Notes under the pieces: generated by a model
Databases searched by the model: none
What the model was told of the DNA's origin: nothing
The model's input: only the letters and a program-made list of their open reading frames with translations
Assembly (NCBI GenBank): GCA_031362385.1
Contig: JANLSL010000273.1
Span: 1-60,488 of the forward strand
Direction: 5' to 3'
From: Alphaproteobacteria bacterium
GTDB lineage: Bacteria; Pseudomonadota; Alphaproteobacteria; Rhodospirillales; Rhodospirillaceae
Length of the DNA: 60,488 bases
Position numbers and translations under genes: made by a program
In this document: positions 28,174-37,354 of the stretch, in pieces
How positions within the stretch are numbered: the stretch's first letter is position 1
Layout: each line of letters opens with the position of its first letter

Positions 28174-28751
28174 TACCAGCCGATCGCGATGGGGCTGCGA
28201 CGCGAATAACCGGCCGCCAGATTGGTTGCCTGATCAATGTCGCGTTCGAGAATTGAAATCAGATCGGTCAAACCTTGCAAAGTCACCCTTCCTTTTGTGA
28301 TACGTCGCCCATCGCGCATAACGTCATCGACGCGCTTGCCCGATGCCAGATCCATGCGCGCCGCACGCACCGCAGCCAGATCGGCAGTCAAAGTCTCAAC
28401 ATCGGTCGGTAAAGCGAGAACGGGCGCTGCGGACTCCACCGTGAGAATACCGTGTTGCTCGCCGCTGAACCCGCTCGCCGCTTTGGCGATCTTTACCGAA
28501 ACCACGAATTGATTGATTGCAAATAATAGCGTCTCGGCAGGCGTCAGGCCGGCAACGAAAGCAGTGTTGGCCGCCGCGCCGGAATAGGCTGGTTGCATAA
28601 CTGTGACTGCCCGGTTGACCGCTGTTCCGCCCACCGTGATGTTGCAGGTATAGCCAGCCGATAGATCGGCAAGTGTGCCAGCGCCATCGGTGTCATGCCA
28701 GACGAGCCATCCAACACTGTCCCCCTGAATGATCGTCTTGGCGTCAAGCAT
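28173..28751 (-). CDS. gpW-like head-tail joining domain fused to an extra ~120-aa N-terminal domain
   Basis: The C-terminal 70 aa (DLAAVRAARMDLASGKRVDDVMRDGRRITKGRVTLQGLTDLISILERDI...SRRSPIAI) aligns with lambda gpW ([47 protein letters not shown]...RRRGPAGF). Confidence 0.75.
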   Translation of the reverse strand: MLDAKTIIQGDSVGWLVWHDTDGAGTLADLSAGYTCNITVGGTAVNRAVTVMQPAYSGAAANTAFVAGLTPAETLLFAINQFVVSVKIAKAASGFSGEQHGILTVESAAPVLALPTDVETLTADLAAVRAARMDLASGKRVDDVMRDGRRITKGRVTLQGLTDLISILERDIDQATNLAAGYSRRSPIAIGW

Positions 28752-31377
28752 TTCCGACTTTTCCTAAGATTGGAGTTGAACCGGCAGTGCCAGGATTGGC
28801 AGATGATTTTGCTAGGCTATCGATGAAGTCAGAAACAGAACCCTTCGTATCAAGCGTCCCGTCCGCACCTCCGACAATCGGGGTCGACCCCGCCCGCCCA
28901 AAGGTAAACAAACTTGAAATTCCCGCGCCATACCCGATGACCAAACAGGTTCCCGACGCCGTTGCGATTGCAAGAGCCAGACCCCCGCCGGTTGCCGTAG
29001 CGGTTGCCGTGGCGGCGGATGTTCCTGCTGAAGCCGAATTTGCGGCTCCTATCCCAACGATATTGCTTGTTCCCGCAGCAATTCCATTTGCAGCGGCGAG
29101 ACTGGATCCTGTTACCGCTGCCGTTCCGAGCCCCGTGGCTGACGCCACTGCTTGCGTTGCGCCCGTTCCAAATGCTGTTGCCGTTCCCGCACCTGAAGCT
29201 GAACCAATCCCTGCTGCGAGCGCACCACCTGTAGCAGTGGCCGTTACCGCCCCGCTTGCAGCGCCCGTAGCGGCTGCGAGGCTGGCTCCAACACCGGTTG
29301 CGGTCGCTGCACCAGAAGCGGTTGCTGTTCCCGCACCTGATGATGCCGTCGAACCAACGCCCGTTGCTGTTCCGGTTCCGCTGGCTGTTCCGACTGCGGC
29401 TGCAAGCGAAGCGCCTGTCGCTGTTGCTGTGCCTGTTCCGCTCGACGCCGCGATTGATGCAACGATCGAGGCCGCACCGCCTGTAGCCGTGCATGTGCCG
29501 CTCGCGGTTCCAGTCGCGGCTGCCAAAGAGGCGCCGGTTGCCGTTGCCGTTCCTGTGCCAGAGGCCGTGGCAATCGCGTGAGCAAGCGCGATTCCAATTC
29601 CAGAGGCCGTTCCCGCGCTCGATGCCGCGGCAATCGCGGGGGCTAGGGATGCCCCTGTCGCGGTTGCAGAACCAACTCCACTTGCCGTTGCTGTCGCGGC
29701 TGCCAGCGAAGCGCCAATGCCCGTCGCTGTTCCCGTTCCAGATGCTACGGCATCGGATGCCCCGGTTGCCGTTGTTCCGACCCCAGATGCCGTTCCTGTT
29801 CCAGATGCAGTGGCAGTCGCGGCTGCCAAAGAGGCGCCGATCCCTGTCGCTGTCGCCGTTCCCGAGGCCAAAGCCGTTGCAGGAACCGCTGCGTTTCCAA
29901 TTCCCGAGGCCGTTCCTGTGCCTGTAGCCGATCCGACCGCCGAAGCGATTGATGTTCCAGTGGCTGTTGCCGTTCCAACGCCGTTTGCGGTGGCTGTTGA
30001 TGCCGCCGTAGAGGAACCAACGCCGGTTGCTGTGCCAATTGCACTTGCCGAAGCCGTGCTTGCACTCAGGACCGCGCCAACACCCGCTGCCGTGCCTGTT
30101 CCTGATGCAGTCCCCACGCCTGGCGCGATGGCTACTCCGGTTGCAGTGGCAGTGCCGATTCCCGTTGCCGTGCCGGTTGAGGCTGCCGTCGAAGCCCCGA
30201 TACCCGTTGCTGTGCCGGTTCCCGCCGCCGAAGCGCTGCTTGCACTGACCGCAGAGCCTGTCGCTGCTGCCGTTGCAACTCCTGCCGCGCTCGCGCTTGA
30301 CGCCGCGATCGATGACCCAACGCCGGATGCTGTTCCGATTCCCGTTGCAGCGGCAACCGCAGGAGCCAAAGCATTCCCGGTTGCAGATGCTGTCGCTACA
30401 CCAGAGGTTGCTCCAATGGCGGGTGCGAGCGCACCACCTGTCGCAGCCGCTGTGGCAACCCCTGATGCAGATCCAGTCGCCGATGCAATCGAAGAACCAG
30501 CGCCTGTTGCGGTGCCGACGCCAGTTGCGGTGCCGACCGCGGCAGCTACTCCCGTTCCCGCAACATACAGAATTAAATCTTCATCGAACCACCCAAGATG
30601 ACTTGTCTCATTGGAAAACCAATTTCTCGCAACAAGTTCGGCATCAAAAAAGCCGAGCGGGACGATGTTTTCGTAAACTGGAGCGTCCGGCCAAGGAAGG
30701 CGGCTGGGGATATTAGCCAGAAGTCTGTCAGCGCGGAATTTCGTTCCGGTTGTGACGGGCTGCGTGGCTTTGATAAGAGACCGTGGAATATTGCTTTCGA
30801 GTGATATTAATTCGGTCAGATATTGCGGGCGAATATCCCTTGGGTCAGCACCTTTGGAAAGAGCAACAGCTTCGGCGGGCGAAAGCATAACGCCCGACCA
30901 CCATGCGCTATCCCCATGCGCGCCGTCCCAATCGACACCGCCGGTTGTGCGGTTGCCGATACTTAAAGGGCCGGTTCCTTGATTGGCCGTTCCAACGCTC
31001 GCCGTCGTTGTGGACATTGTAGCCACACGGCCATTGATATAAAATATTGGGACACTACCAGCTACGCCGTCATAAGTAACAACAGCGTGAACCCATTTAC
31101 CCGTCGCGATGGCTTCTGCGTCGGTTGTTTGCCATTGCCCGCTTGTGGTGCTGAAACTCCGCGACATCGTGATACTGCCAGCGGAATTATTATTGCGAAA
31201 GATGATTTCGCCGGGGCTTCCGGCCTCTTTGTCAAATATGCGAGAATTGCCAAGCCCGCCCGCGCCGTTGCGAAAATACCAGCACGAGAATGAAAAAACT
31301 AACGGGCTGAGAAACGATGCTGCCTTTACCAGATCGGTTGTGCCAACCCCAAGCGTTGAGCCAAAGCCGCGTGCCAT
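28744..31377 (-). CDS. 877-aa LamG-like domain protein with a ~500-aa Ala/Gly/Thr/Ser tandem-repeat region
   Basis: The N-terminal ~190 aa resemble a concanavalin/LamG fold (...WVHAVVTYDG...IFYINGR...IGNR...). Degenerate ~20-aa units of the type ASGTGTATGIGASLAAATAT follow, then a short unique C-terminus. Confidence 0.8.
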   Translation of the reverse strand: MARGFGSTLGVGTTDLVKAASFLSPLVFSFSCWYFRNGAGGLGNSRIFDKEAGSPGEIIFRNNNSAGSITMSRSFSTTSGQWQTTDAEAIATGKWVHAVVTYDGVAGSVPIFYINGRVATMSTTTASVGTANQGTGPLSIGNRTTGGVDWDGAHGDSAWWSGVMLSPAEAVALSKGADPRDIRPQYLTELISLESNIPRSLIKATQPVTTGTKFRADRLLANIPSRLPWPDAPVYENIVPLGFFDAELVARNWFSNETSHLGWFDEDLILYVAGTGVAAAVGTATGVGTATGAGSSIASATGSASGVATAAATGGALAPAIGATSGVATASATGNALAPAVAAATGIGTASGVGSSIAASSASAAGVATAAATGSAVSASSASAAGTGTATGIGASTAASTGTATGIGTATATGVAIAPGVGTASGTGTAAGVGAVLSASTASASAIGTATGVGSSTAASTATANGVGTATATGTSIASAVGSATGTGTASGIGNAAVPATALASGTATATGIGASLAAATATASGTGTASGVGTTATGASDAVASGTGTATGIGASLAAATATASGVGSATATGASLAPAIAAASSAGTASGIGIALAHAIATASGTGTATATGASLAAATGTASGTCTATGGAASIVASIAASSGTGTATATGASLAAAVGTASGTGTATGVGSTASSGAGTATASGAATATGVGASLAAATGAASGAVTATATGGALAAGIGSASGAGTATAFGTGATQAVASATGLGTAAVTGSSLAAANGIAAGTSNIVGIGAANSASAGTSAATATATATGGGLALAIATASGTCLVIGYGAGISSLFTFGRAGSTPIVGGADGTLDTKGSVSDFIDSLAKSSANPGTAGSTPILGKVGNA
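28980..30530 (-). repeat. Coding tandem degenerate repeats (approximate bounds)
   Basis: Repeated GCx/ACx/GGx codon blocks; they produce Pro/Ala/Val-rich shadow ORFs on the plus strand. Confidence 0.7.
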
Positions 31378-31378
31378 G

Positions 31379-31858
31379 TTACGCTACCGTCGCGTTAATG
31401 CCCTGATAGACGGCGCTGTGGCTTCCGCCCGTGGCATCAAGGGCCGCGCCTGATTGATTGTCGATCACGATGCCCCACTTCGCCGGGACGCCCCCATAGC
31501 CGAACGCGCGGGAGAGGTTGAAAATTGAAACATAAGTCGTTGCGTTGGCAATCGTCGGCAGCGAACCGAGAAAGATCAGCGCGTCTTTGTTGTTTGTGAA
31601 GGCGGCATCCGTGCCGGTAGCCCCGCCTGAATATGTTGTCCCGTCATCCGCTGTTGCATAGGCGAAGATATTGACCGTGCCGGTTGCGCTTGTGCCAGCC
31701 GCGTTCGTCTTGACCTTCATCTGGATCTTGATGTCCATGAACAAGTTGGACGTGTTGACTATAGCCGTGCTTTCACGCGCCGATGTGTTGCCAAGCGATG
31801 CAATCGTCAGCGTAATCGTCTGGTTGGTTGTGCCGAAAAGTTGAGTGAGCAGGCCCAT
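31379..31858 (-). CDS. Hypothetical beta-rich protein (159 aa)
   Basis: TAA/ATG coupled ORF in the TerL-gpW insert. Confidence 0.65.
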   Translation of the reverse strand: MGLLTQLFGTTNQTITLTIASLGNTSARESTAIVNTSNLFMDIKIQMKVKTNAAGTSATGTVNIFAYATADDGTTYSGGATGTDAAFTNNKDALIFLGSLPTIANATTYVSIFNLSRAFGYGGVPAKWGIVIDNQSGAALDATGGSHSAVYQGINATVA

Positions 31859-32262
31859 TATGAAGCCCTCGCCAAAGCTACATCAGAATGCCCGATTGTC
31901 GGCAGGCCGAGTTCTTCCGCGCGGCTGATCTTCGGTGGCGTAATCGCTTGAAAGTTAGTCCGCGTTTGCGTTCCCGCGCCGAAAACGCTTGCCATATACA
32001 CAACCGCCTTACTGCCCGCCGTCAGGTCAAGATCAACCGCCTTGAGTAAGATTGCCAGCGTGTCTCGCTTTGCCGCTGTTAAAGCCTCAACTTCCGTCCA
32101 GACAATGACATCGTTCATCAGATCGTCACCCGTCAGCGTGATTGCCGTGCCTGTGCGGTTTGCGGTATTGAGGCTGATTGCCGCAGCCGCGTCTGACATG
32201 GCTGCATAGCCACGGGTGAGCGGGTCGGTTGTCAGTTCGGTTTTGAGTGCGGACGCTGCCAT
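31858..32262 (-). CDS. Hypothetical protein (134 aa)
   Basis: TAATG coupling; N-terminus ...LKTELTTDPLTRGYAAMSD. Confidence 0.65.
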   Translation of the reverse strand: MAASALKTELTTDPLTRGYAAMSDAAAAISLNTANRTGTAITLTGDDLMNDVIVWTEVEALTAAKRDTLAILLKAVDLDLTAGSKAVVYMASVFGAGTQTRTNFQAITPPKISRAEELGLPTIGHSDVALARAS

Positions 32263-33170
32263 TAGCTGACGGCTGCATAAAGCGTCACAAGCCCGCCTGT
32301 GATCGCAGCCGCAGGATCAGGCATTGCGGTTGTCAGGCCGGTGGACGAAGTGCCATGCAAGATCGGAACGGTGGCAGCGAGTTGCCCGCCTGTTTTCGCG
32401 GTGTTTCCCTTCGTTGTAATAATCGTCGTGGCGGTCATCATCAGCCCGATATAATACAAGCCGCTGGTTGGCACGCGATAGGCCGTTGTCATTGCCAGTG
32501 TCTTGTAAGTGTTCGCCGCCCATGCGGTTGTGGTCTGGTTTGCGGAAACTGCCAAGCGTCCGAGCGCGCCGGAATAAAGCGCAAAGAAATAGTTGGTCGG
32601 CGTGCCTGCCGCCGTTGTCGCGCTTGAGATAGAGATATTTGAAACCAGTTGGCCCGCTTTCAGATAGATCGCCTGCATGAAAAGCGTGCCCGACGCGGTC
32701 GGGATTGTCGCGTTGGTTTCCGTGCAGAACTCGCGGGGGATGGTTTCCGCTATAGTACCTGTTGGCCCAAGGTTCCCGAACGGTGGCCCAGCGTAGGTGT
32801 AAAGCCCGCCTTGCGAATCGCGATGCTGCCATTCACCCTCGACATAATACAGGTTTTCGCCCGCAAGCAACGTAACCGAGATTACGTCAACCGCCGTTGC
32901 CGCGTCGAAATGCTGCACCGTGACTTGGGTCGATGCCGAGGCGTGGTTGTTTTCGAGCGTCAGGATTTTAACCTTGCGCTTGTAGTTTACAACACCGGAA
33001 ACCAGCGTTGTAGTGGTGGCCGTAGCGATTGCCGCTGCGTTCGTCGGATGCCCGACAAGCACGGGATCGGTTGTGGTTTCCTTGTAATCCGCATAATCCG
33101 CGCGCCAAGAAATGCTCGCCGCCGAACCTGTGACTAGCCGGATGACTTCGCCTGTGCCGTTGAGGATCAT
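32262..33170 (-). CDS. Fibre / receptor-binding-like protein (302 aa)
   Basis: Thr/Ala/Gly-rich beta-type sequence; operon context. Confidence 0.6.
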   Translation of the reverse strand: MILNGTGEVIRLVTGSAASISWRADYADYKETTTDPVLVGHPTNAAAIATATTTTLVSGVVNYKRKVKILTLENNHASASTQVTVQHFDAATAVDVISVTLLAGENLYYVEGEWQHRDSQGGLYTYAGPPFGNLGPTGTIAETIPREFCTETNATIPTASGTLFMQAIYLKAGQLVSNISISSATTAAGTPTNYFFALYSGALGRLAVSANQTTTAWAANTYKTLAMTTAYRVPTSGLYYIGLMMTATTIITTKGNTAKTGGQLAATVPILHGTSSTGLTTAMPDPAAAITGGLVTLYAAVS

Positions 33171-33203
33171 GCCCTGTTGCCCTCGATCGACAAGGAGGCA
33201 TGG

Positions 33204-33686
33204 TCACACATCTGCATGGGTTGGGATCCTTATTTGTCCAAATAGCTTTTTCGTCGCCAGTTCCCGCGCATTTTTCATCTGCGCGCTCACGAACGCGGGT
33301 TCCTTGCGCCCCTCTGCAAAAGCATCATTCACCGCATCTTCCATCGCACCGCGAATGATAACTGCCGCCGGCTTCAACGCAGGGTTGCTCATATTGACCG
33401 ATATGCCGACGCCCTGGACGCAAATCGGATACATCCGTTCAGCCTTGGGCCTCAAAATGTCAGGCAACCCGCTCGGGATATTCCGCTCGGTCAACCAGCG
33501 ATGGCTATAGGCACGGTATTTCAGATCGATCGTGCCAACCTCAGTTCGGGCCCGGTGCATGATAATCTCGGCCTGTTCCGTGGTGCCGGGAACAGGAAGG
33601 TGCGGCGCGATAACGCGCCACCGCTCAACCAGATCGCGAGCATCGCCCCTGATCAGGGCGTCCACGAATTCAGAGTGTTGTGACAC
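33204..33686 (-). CDS. Hypothetical protein (160 aa)
   Basis: GTG start overlapping upstream TAG. Confidence 0.55.
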   Translation of the reverse strand: MSQHSEFVDALIRGDARDLVERWRVIAPHLPVPGTTEQAEIIMHRARTEVGTIDLKYRAYSHRWLTERNIPSGLPDILRPKAERMYPICVQGVGISVNMSNPALKPAAVIIRGAMEDAVNDAFAEGRKEPAFVSAQMKNARELATKKLFGQIRIPTHADV

Positions 33687-33898
33687 TATGCTTCGACTGG
33701 AAACGCAACAGTCATTGCGCCAGTCCCTGAAACTTCCACGCTTCCGGAGACAGATTCTTCCTCGACCGAGCCGCTGTAGAAAACGACCTTGGCAACCTTA
33801 CTCTCAGCATCGAATCCCGCATCGCCATTGGCTTTGCACTTACCATCGGCGACAACCAGGCCATCCACCCCATAGGCTCTGAAACGATCTGCTGACAT
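33686..33898 (-). CDS. Hypothetical small acidic protein (70 aa)
   Basis: ORF in operon context. Confidence 0.5.
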   Translation of the reverse strand: MSADRFRAYGVDGLVVADGKCKANGDAGFDAESKVAKVVFYSGSVEEESVSGSVEVSGTGAMTVAFPVEA

Positions 33899-33916
33899 AA
33901 AAAATTCCTTTTTCAG

Positions 33917-34714
33917 TTAGCCCAAGGGGGCGGGACCAATATTGTGCGAGCCGCAATCGTTGCAGCGCATCACGATGTGCTTGCCGTGTCTTCCTTGGCG
34001 GAGTTGAAGATTGTCGGGGGAATTGTTTAATCGATCTCCATCAATGTGATGGATCGTCTCAGATCGCAGAAGCGGACGCCCGAGTTTTCGAGCCATGACC
34101 AGCCGGTGTTCCATCACGTAACTATCTTTTCCGCACATAACGGCCATAGGGTCGGTGCGATCCACCAGAACGCGCCAGTATCCGCTGGCCTTCATTCTAC
34201 CCCCGCGCCACATGCCATGAGCCTCACCCCGCCTGGGTGAAAAGACTTCCCCTTGTGACCGGAGAAAGCGGCTTACAGCGCTTTGCGACCGCCCCAGTTT
34301 CAATGAAATGACCTGTTGAGAAAACCCCTGCTTTCTTAGGTGCAGAACTTGTGATTTTTCTAACCCGTTAAGAGATGGTGTTACTGGTATTAGAGTTCCA
34401 CCGGCCCGGCGTATCGCGGCCTTTATTGAGTAAAATGTGCCGCCAAAGCGCTCCACGAGTTGAGCAAAATATTCTCCGGCTTCGTATCTCGTTCGAATCT
34501 CTTTTTCGACCACCGGATCAAATTTACGTGCGTTCAGACGGTAGTTTTCAAGGCCGGTCCTTTTAACGCCGTGCCGCTCCAAAACTCGGTAAATAGTGCT
34601 TGTAGATAACCCGGTTTCTTGAGAGATTTGATTGACCGAGAGGCGGCCCATGTATCGATCAATCAGGTCTTCGTCAGAGATTTCCAGTTGCCTCTTTTTG
34701 CCCATATGTCCCAT
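33917..34714 (-). CDS. HNH homing-type endonuclease with N-terminal HTH modules
   Basis: C-terminal ...EHRLVMARKLGRPL...ETIHHIDGDRLNNSPDNLQL...; three HTH-like segments; ATG 34714 has GAGG upstream (track start 34747 is TTG); locally AT-richer by eye. Confidence 0.8.
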   Translation of the reverse strand: MGHMGKKRQLEISDEDLIDRYMGRLSVNQISQETGLSTSTIYRVLERHGVKRTGLENYRLNARKFDPVVEKEIRTRYEAGEYFAQLVERFGGTFYSIKAAIRRAGGTLIPVTPSLNGLEKSQVLHLRKQGFSQQVISLKLGRSQSAVSRFLRSQGEVFSPRRGEAHGMWRGGRMKASGYWRVLVDRTDPMAVMCGKDSYVMEHRLVMARKLGRPLLRSETIHHIDGDRLNNSPDNLQLRQGRHGKHIVMRCNDCGSHNIGPAPLG

Positions 34715-34773
34715 TCTTGCCTCACTCGCATGAATAATGTGAGACAACGCATTAAGAGACTTTCTAATCTAAA

Positions 34774-35205
34774 TCAATCAAGACTTATGCTACTCGAAGA
34801 AGTCAACTGCGGCGTGATTCCGTTGCCCGTCACAATATTCGGAGTGACCGTGCCATCGGCGATGATGTCCGCCGCGCCGCCACCGGTCTTGCCTGCCGCG
34901 AAGTGTGTGACCGTGCCACTACCACCGGTGCCGGCCGGAAAACTGGTCAGCGCAACAAGATTGGTCGCGCCCCCAGAAGGAGCCGTCCAGCCGCCCGTGG
35001 TCCGTGCCACGTTCACCCGCGCATAACTGGTATAGGTGGTCTCTGAAGTGGACATCGTGCCAGCATCGCCCGGTGCCCCCGTTGACAGGGCCAGATGGAT
35101 ATTCGTCTGCGGGGTTGTCGCCGCATTGTCTGCATAGTTTGCCCATGCTGTTGCGTTGAAAATCAACGCCAGAATGGCATTTTCGGCAATGTTACTGAAT
35201 GACAT
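34774..35205 (-). CDS. Conserved phage structural-type protein (143 aa)
   Basis: MSFSNIAENAILALIFNATAW... N-terminus resembles a recurrent phage family; the ATG follows the TerL stop. Confidence 0.6.
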   Translation of the reverse strand: MSFSNIAENAILALIFNATAWANYADNAATTPQTNIHLALSTGAPGDAGTMSTSETTYTSYARVNVARTTGGWTAPSGGATNLVALTSFPAGTGGSGTVTHFAAGKTGGGAADIIADGTVTPNIVTGNGITPQLTSSSSISLD

Positions 35206-35206
35206 C

Positions 35207-37147
35207 TCAAGTGTCCCTTTCATCGGATTGAGTCAGGCTTTGCAGCCGCTCAAACATTGGGTTGCGCTTTGGTGGTTCGGGAGGCGTCGGCACATTGGCG
35301 CCGTCGTCTTGATCACCCCCCTTCGAAATTGTTACAGGCCGCGCCCACGGAGGCATCTGGCCTTGCGACCATTTCAGATCGGCTCGGTCTGGACGGAGCA
35401 TGAGGCGCCCCGCTTCTTCGTAGGCGAAAAGGTCCAGACTCTCGTTCGGCCCGTTGCGTTCCCATTTTCCGTCGATCAGGCGTTCGTTGAAATATTCGTC
35501 AAAATGGTTGCCCGCGATCCCTTCGGCGAACAGGCATTGCCCTGGCCCGCCATCATCGACGCCAAGCCGCTCAACCGCCAATTCCTTCAACTTGTGAACG
35601 CCCAGCGTATATTCGAGGATGATCGGTGACACGATGCGACCGTGTTCATCCTTGCTGATCTTGGTGGGTGCGACCGGCAACTCAGGGGCTTTTGCTGATG
35701 ATGATCCCTGTATGAGCCGGACCCGAGACCACGGTTGCGCGGGAGACCCCCAATAACGTCCAGATACCAACGCCCGCCGCGCAAACTCGCGGCCTTTCCA
35801 GACCACATTGCCATCGCCGACATCGATCGTGACGACCGCTACTGGCATTTCAAGTCCGGATGACCCAATGATCGGGAACGTCCGGTCAATCACTTGCGCG
35901 TAGAGAACATCCCAATCCTCAATCCGTTCGCGCGTCCGGATGTCGCGCATTACACCGTCTGCCCAGAGACGTTGCCGTATCGTGAACCTGTCGAGCCACC
36001 ATGAGCGCGATTCGAGATCGAAGGCGCGGAACGAAACGTCGAACTTGCCAGAGCCCACATCGACCGCCGCGACGATGAAATTTGCGTTCGGCGGAAACTC
36101 GCCAACCTGAAGCACGCGCTCGCTGGCGGCTCGTTTTTGGAGCGAGGCAGAGGATGATCCCCGCCCAGCTTTTGCGCCTTCGAACACTTCCCCTAAAACT
36201 TTTGCTGTCACTTCGCGAAGTTGATCGGATTTTCCGGTCTGGTCGAACTTCACCTTGGCTGTTTCCAGATCGCGCGCCAATTCAGGCAGTGTGATCGTTT
36301 TCAACAGCAATCCATGTATCCATGCGCCGAAGGTTTCGGTCTGATCAATATCTCCAACTACGCCTTCGACCACATCCAATGTCTGCCCTTTGTGGAGCAT
36401 CTTGACGTCATCGATCATGGCTAAACGCTGTTCGTCGGTTAGTAGCGCGCCGCAGTGCGGACACACCATAGCCGCGCTCGCCTTCGCCATTGCGATCCTT
36501 TCATCGCTCGCTGCAAGCGGGTCTTGCTGGTATGTTAGATTGAATTGCGGTATCTCGGGCCAGAATTTTGTCGAATGAACTGATGCCCAGCCGTTGCATT
36601 CCGCGCAAGGCATGATGAATATCCCGCGCGATGACTGCTCCCAGGCATTCGCGATTCCAGTCCCCCATCCCCGATCAGGGTGCGAGCAAAGCCCGACCTT
36701 GCGCCTATTCCCGAGAACACGACCACGAATGCGGGTCTGTTGCAGGAATGAGGCGCAGAGCCTTGGCGAATAGACATCGAGTTCGTCGCCAAAAATGTAA
36801 GCCGCTTGACGCTGCGTTATGGTTTTATTGTTCGCCGGCAGAACCTCAAGGGTCCGGCTCCAAACAACCTTCTTCGATAAATTGTTATCTGACCGGCCGG
36901 CACCGATCTTGCCGATGACCTCAGGTGTTTCGAAAAGCCACGGCCATTGCTGGGTTGTGTATGTGCTGACTTCGCTGTCACTGCCCATGTAGTGCAGGAA
37001 ATCGGTCGGAGGGCCATAGATCATGCGCCGCAATAAGTAATTCTCAAAGGACGTCGTTTTTCCCGATCGACCTGGCCCGACAACAATAACTTCGCGAACC
37101 GAAGGGTTGTCCAAAGCGTCTTGGATTGGAACGATGTAGGGTGTCAT
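35207..37147 (-). CDS. terL: Terminase large subunit, GpA family (coordinates from first ATG; true N-terminus probably upstream, up to 37351)
   Basis: TPYIVPIQDALDNPSVREVIVVGPGRSGKTT (Walker A), Zn-finger CPHCG, 646 aa; the in-frame upstream extension carries further GpA-like sequence. Confidence 0.9.
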   Translation of the reverse strand: MTPYIVPIQDALDNPSVREVIVVGPGRSGKTTSFENYLLRRMIYGPPTDFLHYMGSDSEVSTYTTQQWPWLFETPEVIGKIGAGRSDNNLSKKVVWSRTLEVLPANNKTITQRQAAYIFGDELDVYSPRLCASFLQQTRIRGRVLGNRRKVGLCSHPDRGWGTGIANAWEQSSRGIFIMPCAECNGWASVHSTKFWPEIPQFNLTYQQDPLAASDERIAMAKASAAMVCPHCGALLTDEQRLAMIDDVKMLHKGQTLDVVEGVVGDIDQTETFGAWIHGLLLKTITLPELARDLETAKVKFDQTGKSDQLREVTAKVLGEVFEGAKAGRGSSSASLQKRAASERVLQVGEFPPNANFIVAAVDVGSGKFDVSFRAFDLESRSWWLDRFTIRQRLWADGVMRDIRTRERIEDWDVLYAQVIDRTFPIIGSSGLEMPVAVVTIDVGDGNVVWKGREFARRALVSGRYWGSPAQPWSRVRLIQGSSSAKAPELPVAPTKISKDEHGRIVSPIILEYTLGVHKLKELAVERLGVDDGGPGQCLFAEGIAGNHFDEYFNERLIDGKWERNGPNESLDLFAYEEAGRLMLRPDRADLKWSQGQMPPWARPVTISKGGDQDDGANVPTPPEPPKRNPMFERLQSLTQSDERDT

Positions 37148-37354
37148 ATCCCTCGACCAAAGCCGCCAACCGCTGCCTTCAGCGTTCTTTATGCGCCGAT
37201 GCTTTTCGGCGCAGTCAGTGGTCGAAACATTCTCCGGTGGAAGCAGAAGATCGATGTGCCTAGCGACGACATCGACCAGTTTGGTCTGATATTCTCCCCC
37301 TGTGAGCGCCCCAATCTCTTTCTCGATTTGGGCGGCACTCAGGATTTGAATTGG

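Noticed and set aside
28980-30530. Possible CRISPR array or non-coding satellite because of the tandem repeats
   Set aside because: The repeats are degenerate, lie within one continuous 877-codon ORF, have no unique spacers of regular length, and no cas genes are present.
28787-30601. Pro/Ala/Val-rich plus-strand ORFs (28787..29581, 29717..30601 and others)
   Set aside because: They are antisense shadows of the Ala/Gly/Thr repeat gene. The GCN/ACN/GGN codons reverse-complement to open frames. They have no starts with ribosome-binding sites and do not fit the operon.
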